Origin: Ministeria vibrans ATCC 50519
Taxonomy: Eukaryota; Protista; Filasterea
Direction of reading: 5' to 3'
Assembly (NCBI GenBank): GCA_943704425.1
Contig: CALSCP010002431.1
Coordinates: 124,001-188,000, forward strand
DNA: 64,000 nucleotides
A program made the position numbers and the translations under genes. A model generated the notes under the pieces. It was not told the DNA's origin. It searched no databases and saw nothing but the letters and a program-made list of their open reading frames with translations. Below, one piece after another: positions 24,388-36,715 of the stretch (position 1 is the stretch's first letter; every line of letters begins with the position of its first letter).

Positions 24388-27069
24388 GATGTTAGGGCGC
24401 GTGTGGAGCCAGCTGGTTTGCCGTGGGACGCGACTGGCGCGAGGCATCGCAGCGGGCACAGTGGCGCAACGCAACGCAGTCCAAGTGACCGGCAGACGCG
24501 TCCCTCGGCCGCTGGCTGGTGCGCGACCGGGGCCATTGGCAGCGTCGCGCAGGCGTGCCGGGCATGGAGGGGCGCGAGGGGCCGGAGACGCGTCGGGGGC
24601 TGTGGGGGCGGCGGCGGCCATTCTCATCGCCTCAACCATCTTCGACAGCCACAGCGAGCCCAGCGTGCTCGTCCGCCTGGCCTCTGGCGCCCTTGAGCGC
24701 GGCGAGTATGACGAGGTACGTGCGAAGGCCCGGTGCGCCGGGACGCATGGCTCGCTGGTGAACTTGTTGTGTGTGTGTTTGGTTTCGTCCGGTCGGCACA
24801 GGCACACCGTCTTCTGCAGCAGGCCATTGCCAAGGGGAGTGCCGACGCCCACTACCTGCTGGGAACCCTCTACTTCACGGGCACGGGCGTCCCCGAGAGC
24901 GCCGAGAAGGCCATTTATCACTTGTGGGTGGTTGTGCGAGCTTTTGTGCGTCGACGCTCAAAGCCTTTCCCCTTGTTGTATGCTGTAGAGAGAAGGCGGT
25001 CGCTGCAGGCCTGCCCGCCCATGCAATTCTGGCGCCAATGCTGATTCAGTCGGGCTCGTACCGTGGCGTGACGCGCGGCCTGGCCATGCTCGAGGAGGGT
25101 GCCGAGAAGGGCTCTGCGCGCTGTCTGCAAACCCTTGGCGAAATCCATTTTTCCGGTCTGCATGCAGCTGGCCTCCTGTGGAATGTCACCATCCCTCCAG
25201 ACATGTACGACCTTGGCGATTTTGTTGTTTTTTATTTATTTTTATTTTCTCTTATTGGTTGTCTCTAAGACGCTTTTTTCTCTGTTCGTCACTTTGCTAT
25301 TTCTCTCTATCGCTTTCTGTCTTCTGATGGTGCTTTACTCTGCAGGGAGCGTTCGTGGGAGTATTTCGTGCGCTCGGCCGCGCTAGACAATCCTGAAGCG
25401 CTCCTGATGATGTCCATTGTGCGGTTCACAGAGTACCGTCAACAATTGCGTGAGCAAAATGATGCGGATGCAAAGGCAGAAGAAGGAGGAGGTCAGAATC
25501 AGGGCAAGCTGGAGGAGGCGGTTCAACTGGTGCGTCAGGCAGTCGAACAGGGGTCATCCAAGGCCATGGTAGCTATGGCGACGCTGTACACGACGGGCGA
25601 GTTCTTTCCGGTGGACGTTCCACGTGCCGTGTTGATGCTTGAAGGAGCTGTTGCTGAGAACGAACCAGATGCGCTGGCAATGTTGGGCAACTTGTACTAC
25701 TTTGGGGCACCTGGAGTGCCGCCTAATTCGGAGCGGGCGTACGAGTTGCTCTCGCGTGCGCACGAAATGGGTGCGCTGGCGGACAACCCCGACGCACGTC
25801 TTGCCTACGCGCAGCTGCTTCGGCTTGGCTTTGGGCCGTCGGAAGAGCGCAGTGCGGAAGAGGATCATCGTCGGTCGTTGAGTGTACTCAAGGCGATGGT
25901 GGAGGAAGGAGTGTGGCTTGCACGCCCTTTCTTTGCACAGGCGGTGATGGAGGGCCCGCGCGGTGGAGAGGGCGGAGACATAGCACTTGGGGTGGCGCTG
26001 CTCAAACAGTTTGCCTCCAAGGACTGCGCACCGTCGGCGGCGCTGCTTGCGTCACTGTCGCGTTCGGTGGGCGACATGGAGGAACATGCACGATGGCAGG
26101 CACGCGCAGTCGAGATGGGCTGTAGCGACACAATTGTGTCGCTGCTGTGTGAGCGGGCGGCGACCGCAACGGACGTGTCGACGCTGCGTGAGATACAGGA
26201 GACGCTGTATGAGCGAGGGCGTAGAGGGTGCACTGTAGCAACGCTGCAGCTTGCAGTGAGTTTGCTTGAGGGCATTCCGGGTGTGCAGGAGGCAAATCCG
26301 ACATTAGGCAAGAGAGTGTTGGAGGAAGTGATCTTTTCAACGACAGCCAATGGGTCGATGCGTGCGGGACAAATCTACGAGCACGGGTACCACGGAGTTC
26401 ATGTCGACGTACGACGCGCGGTGCAGGTGTACACGCGTGCGGCGCACTTGGGAAATCGCAATGCAATGTACTCAATTGGGCGACTGTACCATGCAGGACT
26501 GGTCGACAGCAGCAAGGAGGGCAGGGGAGGCAGTGGTGGTGATGGTGCAGGGGCGACCGAACCGGACAACGATGCCATTGCGGCGCGCTGGTACCGACGG
26601 GCGGCGGATGGGCACTTCCCCCCCGCCATGGCCGCACTGGGCGTCTTTTATGTGCAAGGTCTGGGCGGACTGCCCAAGGACGAGACACTGGGGCGTCTCT
26701 ATTTGGTGCGCGCAGCCAAAGGGGGCGTTGGCAAGGCAGCACATGTGAGCACGAAGAAGTGCTATGAATTCTATAAATATAACTTGTGTGTGTTGTGCGT
26801 AGAATTTGGCACTGATGGATGAGGCAGCGGGAGAGTATGAGAGTGCGTTTGGGTGGCATTCGCTTGCGGCCGAGCTGGGTGTCCCTGAGGCGCATGTGTC
26901 GCTGGGACTGATGCACGAGAACGGAGTGGGCACAGCTAAAAATGTGCGATTGGCGTACGAGGCGTATCTCAAGGCAATTGGGTCGGGGGCGCGGGAAGGG
27001 CGCGACTGTTTCACGCGACTACTGCGCGCACACCCGGAAATGATGGAGGAGAGCAAAAGAGCCACGTAG
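24388..27069 (+). CDS. Sel1-like repeat protein (possible mitochondrial presequence)
   Basis: Repeated SLR motifs: AHYLLGTLYFTGTGVPES, ALAMLGNLYYFG..VP, AMYSIGRLY, AMAALGVFYVQGLGGLPKD, AHVSLGLMHENGVGTAKN; Arg-rich N-terminus. Confidence 0.85.
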
Positions 27070-27185
27070 TATACACGCTAATTTTTTTTGTCATGTGTGT
27101 GTGTGTGTGTGAGTGACTGAGTGTGTGTGTGTGTCAGACTATGATGACTATAGAGCTGGGCCAAGTAGGTTTTTTCTGCGTGTGT

Positions 27186-28935
27186 TCATTGTTGCGTGAG
27201 ATAGTCTCTTGTATAGAGGAGCAGTGCGAGCGGTTGGCCCATTACGAGTGAGAGCCACACGAGAATATTTCCGTATTGTGTACCCCTCAGCCGTTCGCTC
27301 ACAATCGCAAGAGGAACCTAAAACAGTCGATGAAGTGAGTAGATGTGGCTATGTGGGGGTGTGTGTGGTTACTTGAGCAAGCATTGCAAAGAGGGAGTAA
27401 AGACGGAACATTCCCAGGGGGACACTGACGAGCACTTCGTGAAAGACAGCACTGACAAGAAACACTGCAAGCCAGGCAAACAGACGCGATCGGCCTGAGA
27501 AGTAGAGGGGACGCACAAGCGGTAAAGAGAATAAGTGAAACAAGCTGAAGTTCGGAAAGCAGTAGTGCAGAGTGCGTACCATTGGTCACAATGGGCAGAT
27601 ACAAATGGCGCGTGGCAAACTTGTGGACGGGCAGATTCCACTTGCGCCAGAACTCAGTAATGGTCGTCGCATTAAACCAGTCTTCGTAGAAGTTACGGTC
27701 GGCAAAGCGCAATAGCTGGGGAGAGATAAGAAGAGGGAGTTATAAGGAGTGAGAGGGTCGTTGAGTGGTTGTACCTCCGAGGTGAGATTGAGAAACGAGT
27801 GGAAGAGCAGATAGAAGGCCAAGAGCCACAGAAGAATGTTGATGGCCGCAAGTTTGAGAAGACGCTGAACGGATGCAAAGACGTCGAGTTGCTCGATCGG
27901 CTTCATTGAGTTGAGGACGGTCGGAACAACATACTGTTCGGCGAGTGAGAGAAGGACGAGAGAGAAGAACGCACATTCGAGTGCGCGTCGGATCACAAAG
28001 CGCACACGAATGCGCTGTGTGCGTGGGTATTCGGCCTCGTAGCAGAGAGTGGGCGCAGCCAGATAGTATGCAATGTTGCCGAACGTGATGTTGTCGGGGT
28101 AGTGTCTACATGAAAGAATGAGAATGGCTTCACTCCTTGGTGGAAAAAGCAACTAACAGTGAGTCGGTGGAGCGCTCTTCGCCGCTTGCAATCCGAGTCT
28201 TTTCCGCTTCTCGGAGCCAGGAATTTGTCTGAAAGTACGACACAAGCTTGAGCCAGACCACCGAAGTGAGAAACATGGCGGGAAAGGCAGTCGCAGGCAA
28301 CGGACGAAACACAAGCACAAGATAGGACGAAACGACCAGCTCAGCAGTGACATTGAGCCAATGGACGGCACTGCCCATTCTGGTGGAGAGAAGCCCAAGC
28401 GAGATGGCTCGTTCGGTCACGACGGCGATAATCACGTAGACAATGAGCGCTAAGCAGAGTGCAAGGTCAAGGCGGGAAGACAGAGGAGAGTGAGTGTGTT
28501 TCAACGACACACAACGCACAACATAAGCGACAACGACGTACAGAGAAAGACGGTGAGGGCGGGCCATCCGCGGCTGCTGACCAGCACATCAATCCAATTG
28601 AGGGGGCTCACACGCACGCCGTATCTGGATGCGCAGGGCGAGAGAGCGATGAGACACACAAATCTCGTCATTTCCCTTTCTTGTTTTTGACCCTACTTGT
28701 TGAAGTTCTCAAAGGCCATGCGGAAATTGGTAAGAACCAGCAAGATGAGACACAGGTTGAAGAGGCCGCGGTAGTTTGAGAAGTCGGAGGCGCTGCTGAG
28801 CAGCGACGGCTGAGCTTTGTGCCAGGTCCGTTTGAGGTGGTCGTAGCGAGGGCGCGGCGCCTGCGGAGCCTCCGACGCCACCGTGGCTGCGTCGATCTTT
28901 TCCGTTAGGTTCCGTGCACGCAGGCCGGTGGACAT
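27186..28935 (-). CDS. DGAT1: Diacylglycerol O-acyltransferase 1 (MBOAT family), multi-exon
   Basis: HKAQPSLLSS..NYRGLFNLC..LVLTNFR, WLKLVSY, YPDNIT..APTLCYE..YPRT.RIR, FADRNFYEDWFNA..FWRKWNLPVH, SAVFHE, GNILVWLSLVMGQP. Confidence 0.95.
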
Positions 28936-30410
28936 TGCCGGTTGGAGTTGTGCAGTATGCAAAAAAAAATGTGAAATTGAAAAAAGGAGTTTTGAACTTT
29001 ATCGCTTATTCACTCATTGAATGCAACTGAATCATTCACCAGGTGTCGACAAGTGTGTTTATTCACTGTATTCGTACGAACAACGACGACAGCGTCACAG
29101 CGGCGTAAGTATCCTGTACACCTTACACACGTTTGAGGAAGTAGAAGAGAGCTGTTGCAATATCGAATCTACTCTCTATATGAACTATCTTACACACATT
29201 CACATTATAACACGGGCGACACATGTGAGTATCCTCTCTCCAAACACTCTTAACTCTACTTCCAAGGGGCATGCTCCGACACACACACCGTTTTCGATGA
29301 CCAGGAGAGTAACAGCGACGCCGTTTCCCGTCTACAAGATATCTTCCAAGATATCCGTGTGATGACTGTATCATTAATAAATGGGTTGTATTCTTCTTCT
29401 TCTTCTATAAGGGTGTCGTGCGCGAGCACTGGTTCATCACGCGTCGACTGCTGAAAAGCGTTCCTGGGGATGAAGAATCTCATGCAATGCTCGACCACAA
29501 GATGACGAAGCATTGATTGTAACCAACGACGAGCTTCGAAAGGAAATCGCCGGGTTGGAAAAGGAGGTGAAAGCGCGCTCGACCGGTGTATTCTTCAATT
29601 ACAGGCTACATGGAGGACTCGCCGTCGTTCAAGGGGAGGGCAAAATTCTTATTTCTTAAGGGTGAGGTGAGGTGGAAGCCTCACAGCCCCGTCTTTTTCA
29701 CCACAACGTGCATACCAGCACTGCCGTCCGCGACATACTCATCACCTCTCTTCTTCACGGGTCCCCTTCTCGTGAAACCACCTCAGAATTTTTCTCACGT
29801 TTTCGCCAAACACCACCCATTAGCTCACCTCTCATCACCGCGACAGGCCCTAACAAAAAAAAAAAAATCACCGCGACAGGTGACACACTCCGTCCAACAA
29901 CGAACGTGCTCGGTTTGGCAACCCTGTGCCGTTGTTTGTCTTTTGAAAAACGAGAGTACCCCTCTACCTCTTCAAACCGCACGCCGCCAGGAGTTCTTTT
30001 AGGGCCACCTACGAACACCCCCCATTCGCCGAACACCTCGTAGCTCAAATGAATAAAAAGAACTCAAGAACTGATAAAAAGAACAGGCCAGGACTTTCAC
30101 TCTCAACGTGACGAAAGACTGAGCGACCCAAAGAAATCAAGTAAGAATACTCAATTACTGTTAAATTTCGCAATACATGACGTATGAATACTGTATTTAT
30201 TATTATTATTTCGCACGACGTAACACATTGGCGTTTACAAACACCGAAACCCACTTCATCGGGCGAAAATTTGTACAGAAATTTACGTAAAAACACAGCT
30301 TATTTCCTGATTATTATAATTAACGTTTCTCGCAAATTTGTTTGTCATTTTTATTCTTCACTCATCAATTTTTCTTTCAATGAAAATAAAAATTGATAAT
30401 GACGTTTATT

Positions 30411-30466
<56 letters not shown>

Positions 30467-30485
30467 TACAACAACAATATCAACT

Positions 30486-33400
30486 TTACAATCGCATACT
30501 CACTTGACTAAAGCCAGACGCAAACCGCCCGCTACTCTTGGACTCAATCACGTCAAAATCATCACACACTTCGTCATCCTCTTCCTCTTGATCTTGTTCG
30601 TCGTTGTCCCGACCCACGCGCTCCGATGTCTGCTCCTCCAGATCATCGTTTGCATCTTCATCCCGCTCATGTCGATCCTCCTCCTCCTCCTCATCGGCTC
30701 CATCAGACGTCCCGCCACTCATCACCACTGTTGCCGACGGTTGGTAATCCACTAGTGACTCGGTCTGACTGAGCGTCGCCACACTCGACGCGTGTAGCAC
30801 CAGGTTCACATTGAGCGTGGTGTGCGACGACGATGCCAGTGTGATGGTGGTCGTTGCCGAGACAGTGTCCATGCGTGACGTGGACTGTTCGTGCATATTC
30901 TCCAAGTCAGTGGCAATCGACACGGGCGTGCCATGCCGCTGAAACAGCGCTGTCGTGGAACTGCTGCTCTTCCTGATGGGTGTCTTGGAGGCCGGAGTGC
31001 GCTGCGTGAGACCCAATCCCAACGCGGAGCCTGTACGTGTGCGACCAAAGGCACGCGTGCCCACCCGAGAGGGTGTGCGCGACAAGCCGTTGCGACGCAC
31101 GCGCTTCTTCCACTCCTTGAGACCCTGGCCGCGCACAACGACAAGCAAGGTCAGAATGAGACCCTGCGCTGTGTTGCACACGGTAAACAGATACCAGAAG
31201 ACGAGGGAGCCCGTGAGGCCCAGGTAGGCAAAGAGCCAGGTGAGCCCAAGACTCATGACCATCGAGAGGTACATGAGAAACTCACCCCAGCTACCCGCCT
31301 GGTCGGCGATGCCATCCTGGGCACGACGGCCCTTGGCACGACGAAGCTCAATGATACTCGACACAAAAAAGCCAAGGTTGACGAGCAGCAGCACAGCCAT
31401 GGGCGCCAGGAAAGCCCCGTAAAGACCGTTGCGCTCGGCCAGCCAACACGACGTCGACGATCCGCGGAAGCCCACCCCCTGGTGTGTTCCATAGTCAACA
31501 CCAACGGCAATAGCCGTCAGCAGCACAGGGGACAGCCAGCTCACCAGCGCATACGTCTTGAGCGACGTGGGCGTGCCAAAGACGGTGATGAGCGAGAAGC
31601 GCAGGTTATGGCCAATGCAAGCGGACCAAAAGAAGGACCCAAAGATAAAGTAGTAGAGCAGAATAGCGACAGCGCGGCAGCCGGCCGTGTTACTGGTGCG
31701 CTCGATGCCCACAAGGAAGACAAGGTTGAGTGCAAAGATGGCAATGCTCAGGTTGAGCAGCATAATCATAGGACGGGTGCGCAGTGCCACAAGTGCATAG
31801 AAGGACACCCAGAAGACCACAATAAACACCATACTCAGCACACAGCCAAGGTAAGTGAGAACCTCTTGTGCAACAGCGTGGGAGTCCGACAGCGTCGACG
31901 TGTCCAAGCCGCCCAGCACCGCAAACGACGTCAAGTGATTACACGCACACGTTGTTGTGACGGCCGTCTGCGATACAAGCCGACAGCCAGTGGTGCTCCA
32001 CTGCTCGCTTGACGTGTCCCAAAACACACACGACCGATTGGCACTAAGCACGCGGCTCGTATGCGGCACTACCATGACAAACTCATCGGGAACACTCGCG
32101 AGTGACTCGCCCAAGTCAAAGGTGAGCACTGCACTGTTGCGCAGTCCACTGTCGGCACCGTCCGCCTGCTGGAACGGATTCGCCTTGTAGGTGTAGTAGC
32201 GACTGGTGGTGCACGAGAGGGGCGAGAGGAGGGCAAATGCACTGTCAGGCGCGTCAAAGAGTGCGGCCGAGACTGTTGTAGTGAGTGTCGACGACGCATA
32301 GGCTCGCGGCAGCGACGTCGTGTCGGTCGCGCGCGCAAAGTCCATGTTGAGCGCCGACAAGGCAATGCCGCGCGTCGTGTCGCATGGCATGAACAACACA
32401 ATCATGTCGCCAAAGGACTCAATCAGATCAACGATGCGGCTGCCAAAGCCAACGGCTTGCAGCGCAGCAATGCTCGAGGAGGACACAAGGCCATTAAGCG
32501 CGGCAAACACATTGGTAGACACGGTGGTGTTTTCGCTGGATTGCACAAGAAGAAAGTCAAGGATGGACGTGAACGACTCAACCACAATGGTCGCGGCCGC
32601 TGTGCGGTTCTCGACCTCGAGCCAGTCGGCATTCGCAACGACCGTCACCAGATTGACCGCGTTGCTCAGGGCTGTCGCGTCGTTTGTTGTGGGTGTTGTG
32701 CTCAAGGTAATGAGCGCACACGCAAAGGTATCGGCTTGAACACTGAGTGCACCCACGGTGATGCTAACCACGTCTACATAGGCAGTGGTACACAGTAGAT
32801 TGTTGTTTTGCAGCGTGACATCGCGACCTACAAGTGCGAGAGCCGTGAACGCTGCAAGACTCAACAGTTGAGCATTGTTTTGCAGCTGCACATCGAGCGT
32901 GACGGACGTGAGCACGGCCGACGCTGGCGCATTGCCAATCTCAACGAGTGCGGCACAGTTGTCCACCACGAGGCTGCCCACCAGCTGGGTCACCGACGAC
33001 AGCGGCAGTTGTACAAGTGTAGGACAGGCACGCACGCTAATGTTCCCCGCGTACACAGCAGAAAGGGTCGACAGAAAGGACAGGGTGAGCGGCGCGTCGG
33101 TGACGTGCGCCGACGTACCACACGCGTCAATGACAAGGTTGGCATGGGCCAGAGGCGCCGTAAAACCCGACACGAGGGTCAAATTGGCATTGGCCACGAG
33201 ATCAAAGGAATCGTGGACGGTCGTGAGCGCTATAAAGCCCGTGACGGTGGTCAGTGCATCGTTGCCGCTGATGTTAAGACGCTTCAGCTCGTCTACGCCA
33301 GTAAGGTCACAGTCGATTGCGAGCAAGGCCGGATTGTCAACAATGTCAATGGTAAGCTGGGGTGAGCCCACGAGCGAGTCGCTGAGGGCACACGAGACGG

Positions 33401-35720
33401 CACGCCGACGCGAGGTGGTCACGTCAAGCGACGAGAGTGCCACATTGCCCGCAATGCGTACGGACGTCAGCGCACCCAGAGGCAGCGCGTGTACGCCATA
33501 GAGGTCCACGAGCACATCATTGTTGGTGACTTCAAGAGCACCGATACCCGTGAAGCGTTCGAGACCCGAGGTGGACGCCAGCGAGTCGAGGTTGTCGATA
33601 GTGAGTGTGCCACCGTTGAGATTCTGAGGCACGCCAATGTCCACAAGCGATTCCACCGAAGGAAGGTTGCGCAGCGTCACCGAGAGCGCGCCGCCGTCAA
33701 GGCGACCCACCAGGCTAGAGAGCTGCGTCAGATTTGTAAGCGACGGACAGTCGGCAATCTCAATGTTGCCACCGACGTAGCGCAGGCCGGCCAGACCCCT
33801 AAGACTCCGCATGGCTCCGTTACCCGAAATGCGAATGCTGCCCGAGACATTCTGAATAGCGCTAAGACCCACCAGGTTGGCCAGTTGCGCATTGTCGGTG
33901 ATGATGAGGTCGCCGTTGACTCGATCAATGGCGCTATTAAGGCCCGCCGTGCTGAGTAAGGTGGTAGTGCCGTCGATTTTAAAGTCACCGGGAAACGACT
34001 GGAGCATGGCAAGCGACGAGAGGTCCGATTCGGTGGTGGTGCTTGGCACAACAACAGAACCTGCAACAGTGGTGCAGAAGGAGACGTCACTCAAGGCGGA
34101 CTGGGTGCAGTCCGAGGCGCACAGGGGACCCGAAGTAGTCGCGGTGCAGGTACAATTGTGGCCATTGACCAAATTGGTACAGGTGCCGCCATTTTGGCAC
34201 GGTGACGAAGCGCACTCGTCCACATCAACGTCACACAAGACACCGGTAAAGCCCGGAGGACACACACAAAGGTAGCCATCTATCAGGTCGACGCAGTGTG
34301 TCGAAGGGGCGGTACATGGGCTCGACTCACACTCGTCTAAGTTTTGATCGCAGTCGGTGCCATTGTAGCCGGCGGCACAGTCACACACGTCCGTGTAGCG
34401 ACTGGCGACTGTGCCACAAGGACACTCGCAAGTGTACGAGTTGATACCGTCGATACACTCGCCACCGTTGAAACACGGCGACGACATACACTCGTCCACG
34501 TTGGTCTCGCAAAAGGATCCGGTGAATCCTGGGGGGCAAGAACAGTATGAATTCACTGTCTGCCCAGCGTTGAGTTGCTCGGGGGACGCCAAGACGGGAC
34601 CTGTCCAAGTAAACTCACTGAAATACGAACCGGTCCCAGTCAACTGAAGCGATTTGGTAGGGGAGCCCTCACCCTCTTCGACAGGCATAGGCGTACTGTC
34701 GTACGTGACACCGTTGAGCACCACCGACACATTTCCTTCGTAGGAAATGAAGCAAGGCACCAACAGCTGCTCGTTGTCCACAAGAATGTATCCGTCGCGA
34801 GGCCCATTGCCGTTGCTGCCATCATTAAACGAGCGTGCACCAAATATTGACCCTGGATCCGCATCAATCAGCTCACCATCCGTGTTAAACACTTGTCCCA
34901 AGCTTCCAAAATACTGGAATCGAAAAAGAAAGAAATTATTATTATTATTATTATCATTATTATTATTACCACTTTATTTTATTTATACCTTTCCGGTGAC
35001 AGGATCACTGACAGGCAAGACGGGAGAATTGACGGCTATAATTTGGTAGTGAGAAAGGTCAAAGCCGACGGGACCGGCAATTTCAAATTTCTCATTGCTG
35101 TCAGACCCGGCATCGGAGTAGTGAATCTCGTTGAACCAGATGGGCAAAGTGCCGGCAGGAGCGGTGGTGGTACCACTGTTGTGGCACACAATGGTCTCAC
35201 AGCGGGACCCACCATAGCCCACGAGACACAGACATGAGAATGTGTTTAGGCCGTCGACGCAGGTTCCACCGTGATAGCAGGGTGAGGACACACAGTCGTC
35301 GACGTCGAGCTGACAGAGCGACCCGCTGAGGCCGGTGGGACACGAACAGAAAGGAAGCAACGTGAGACCGGGAGTGGGCATATCGCGTGAGTGTGCACTG
35401 GGTCCAAACCAGGTAAAGTCCAACTGTGTACGACCCGTCCCGTTAATCTGCAAAGTGGATGTGTCCGGTTCGTTGTCGCCAGCAAACACTCCAATATCAG
35501 TGCTGTCGTAGACAACACCATTGAATACGGCGGACAGCTTACCCTCATACGATATGATGAGGGGCTCAAGAAGCTGCTCGTTGTCCCACACAGCGAGTCC
35601 GTCTCGCGGCCCATTCTCAATCGAGCCCATTACAAAAGTCCGCCCGGCTACATCGGTTCCACCACCAATGTCAATGGTACCCGTCAAGGGCAGCACTTCG
35701 CCAAACGTCGTCAAGTACTA
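30486..35720 (-). CDS. Adhesion GPCR: 2 LTD-like domains, EGF repeats, receptor-L/LRR-like repeats, GAIN/GPS, 7TM (5' end unresolved)
   Basis: Ca-EGF repeats ([26 protein letters not shown]); [28 protein letters not shown]; seven hydrophobic segments with class-B motifs ([32 protein letters not shown]). Confidence 0.92.
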
Positions 35721-36359
35721 ACATACAATTCGGAGTAAGAAAAAAAAAAAAAAAAAAAGTTAACGAAAATGGCTTCTCGTTGCATTGGCGACATAGCAAT
35801 CATTGGGGATAGAGCCAAAGTCGGATGCAGACATGCGTCCTGGACAGCGAAAGAGAGAAAATGGCGGTGGGAGTGGGAGAGAGACGACAGGTTGACGACG
35901 ACGAGTCGTTTCGTGACGGAGGGCGCCAAGGGGGCGTTGCAGGGGCCTGCGGGTGTCCCGCCCCAGTGCACATGTGTGCAGGCATGCGGCGCACGGCAAC
36001 GCAGCGTGTCTTTGCACGGCGTTCCACACTGCACGCTCTCTCACAAAAATGGCCCATTCACAGAAAAAAAAAAAAAAAAAAAAAAAGAAAAGGGAAATCA
36101 AAAACGGTTCGGCAGACGCAGAATAGAGCAGCTGCGCGCAGAAGACAACCCGTCGATGCAAGGCAAGTCGCGGAGAGAGCGAAACGGGTGCGTGCCAGTA
36201 CGGGAATGTCGGGCAAGAGAGCAGAAAAGGGACTCGTGAGGGTCTCCTTTCGGCATGAGCACACACCCCCACGCTCGTCTGCGAAAAGGGCAGGGCCGCA
36301 GAGTACTCCGCCCATTGCACACACAGCTCGAGGCTGGTTGCCGACGCGCGACGTTTGCT

Positions 36360-36400
<41 letters not shown>

Positions 36401-36715
36401 CTGCGGTGTGTACCGATGGCGTCTCCAATGGCCCGTACGGGAATCAGCAAGTCTCCTTGGATGCCGGCTGCACCGGCCGCGCGCTCCTTGTCGTGGCGGG
36501 GGGCTGGGATGGCTAGAGGGACGCAACGGGGGAGGCGGTGAGTCGCATGCGGCATCGGAGGGGCGCGGGGGGGCTGCAGGAGGGCTGTGGGAGACGAGGG
36601 GGGGAGGCAGGGGAGATGCGGTACGTTTCGACATGGTCACTGATGAAAATGTTTATTCCTTCTAATCGATCATTCGATCTGATCAGTCTTTCTTTCTTTT
36701 TTCATTTCACACAGC

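Noticed and set aside
6482-28935. Lipid-metabolism gene cluster (PNPLA, ADCK, S1P, DGAT1)
   Set aside because: Interspersed with unrelated genes in mixed orientations; no shared element seen; compatible with chance.
33395-33420. SRRRAV as a furin site in the GPCR ectodomain
   Set aside because: Lacks the P4 Arg of R-x-K/R-R; too weak to claim.
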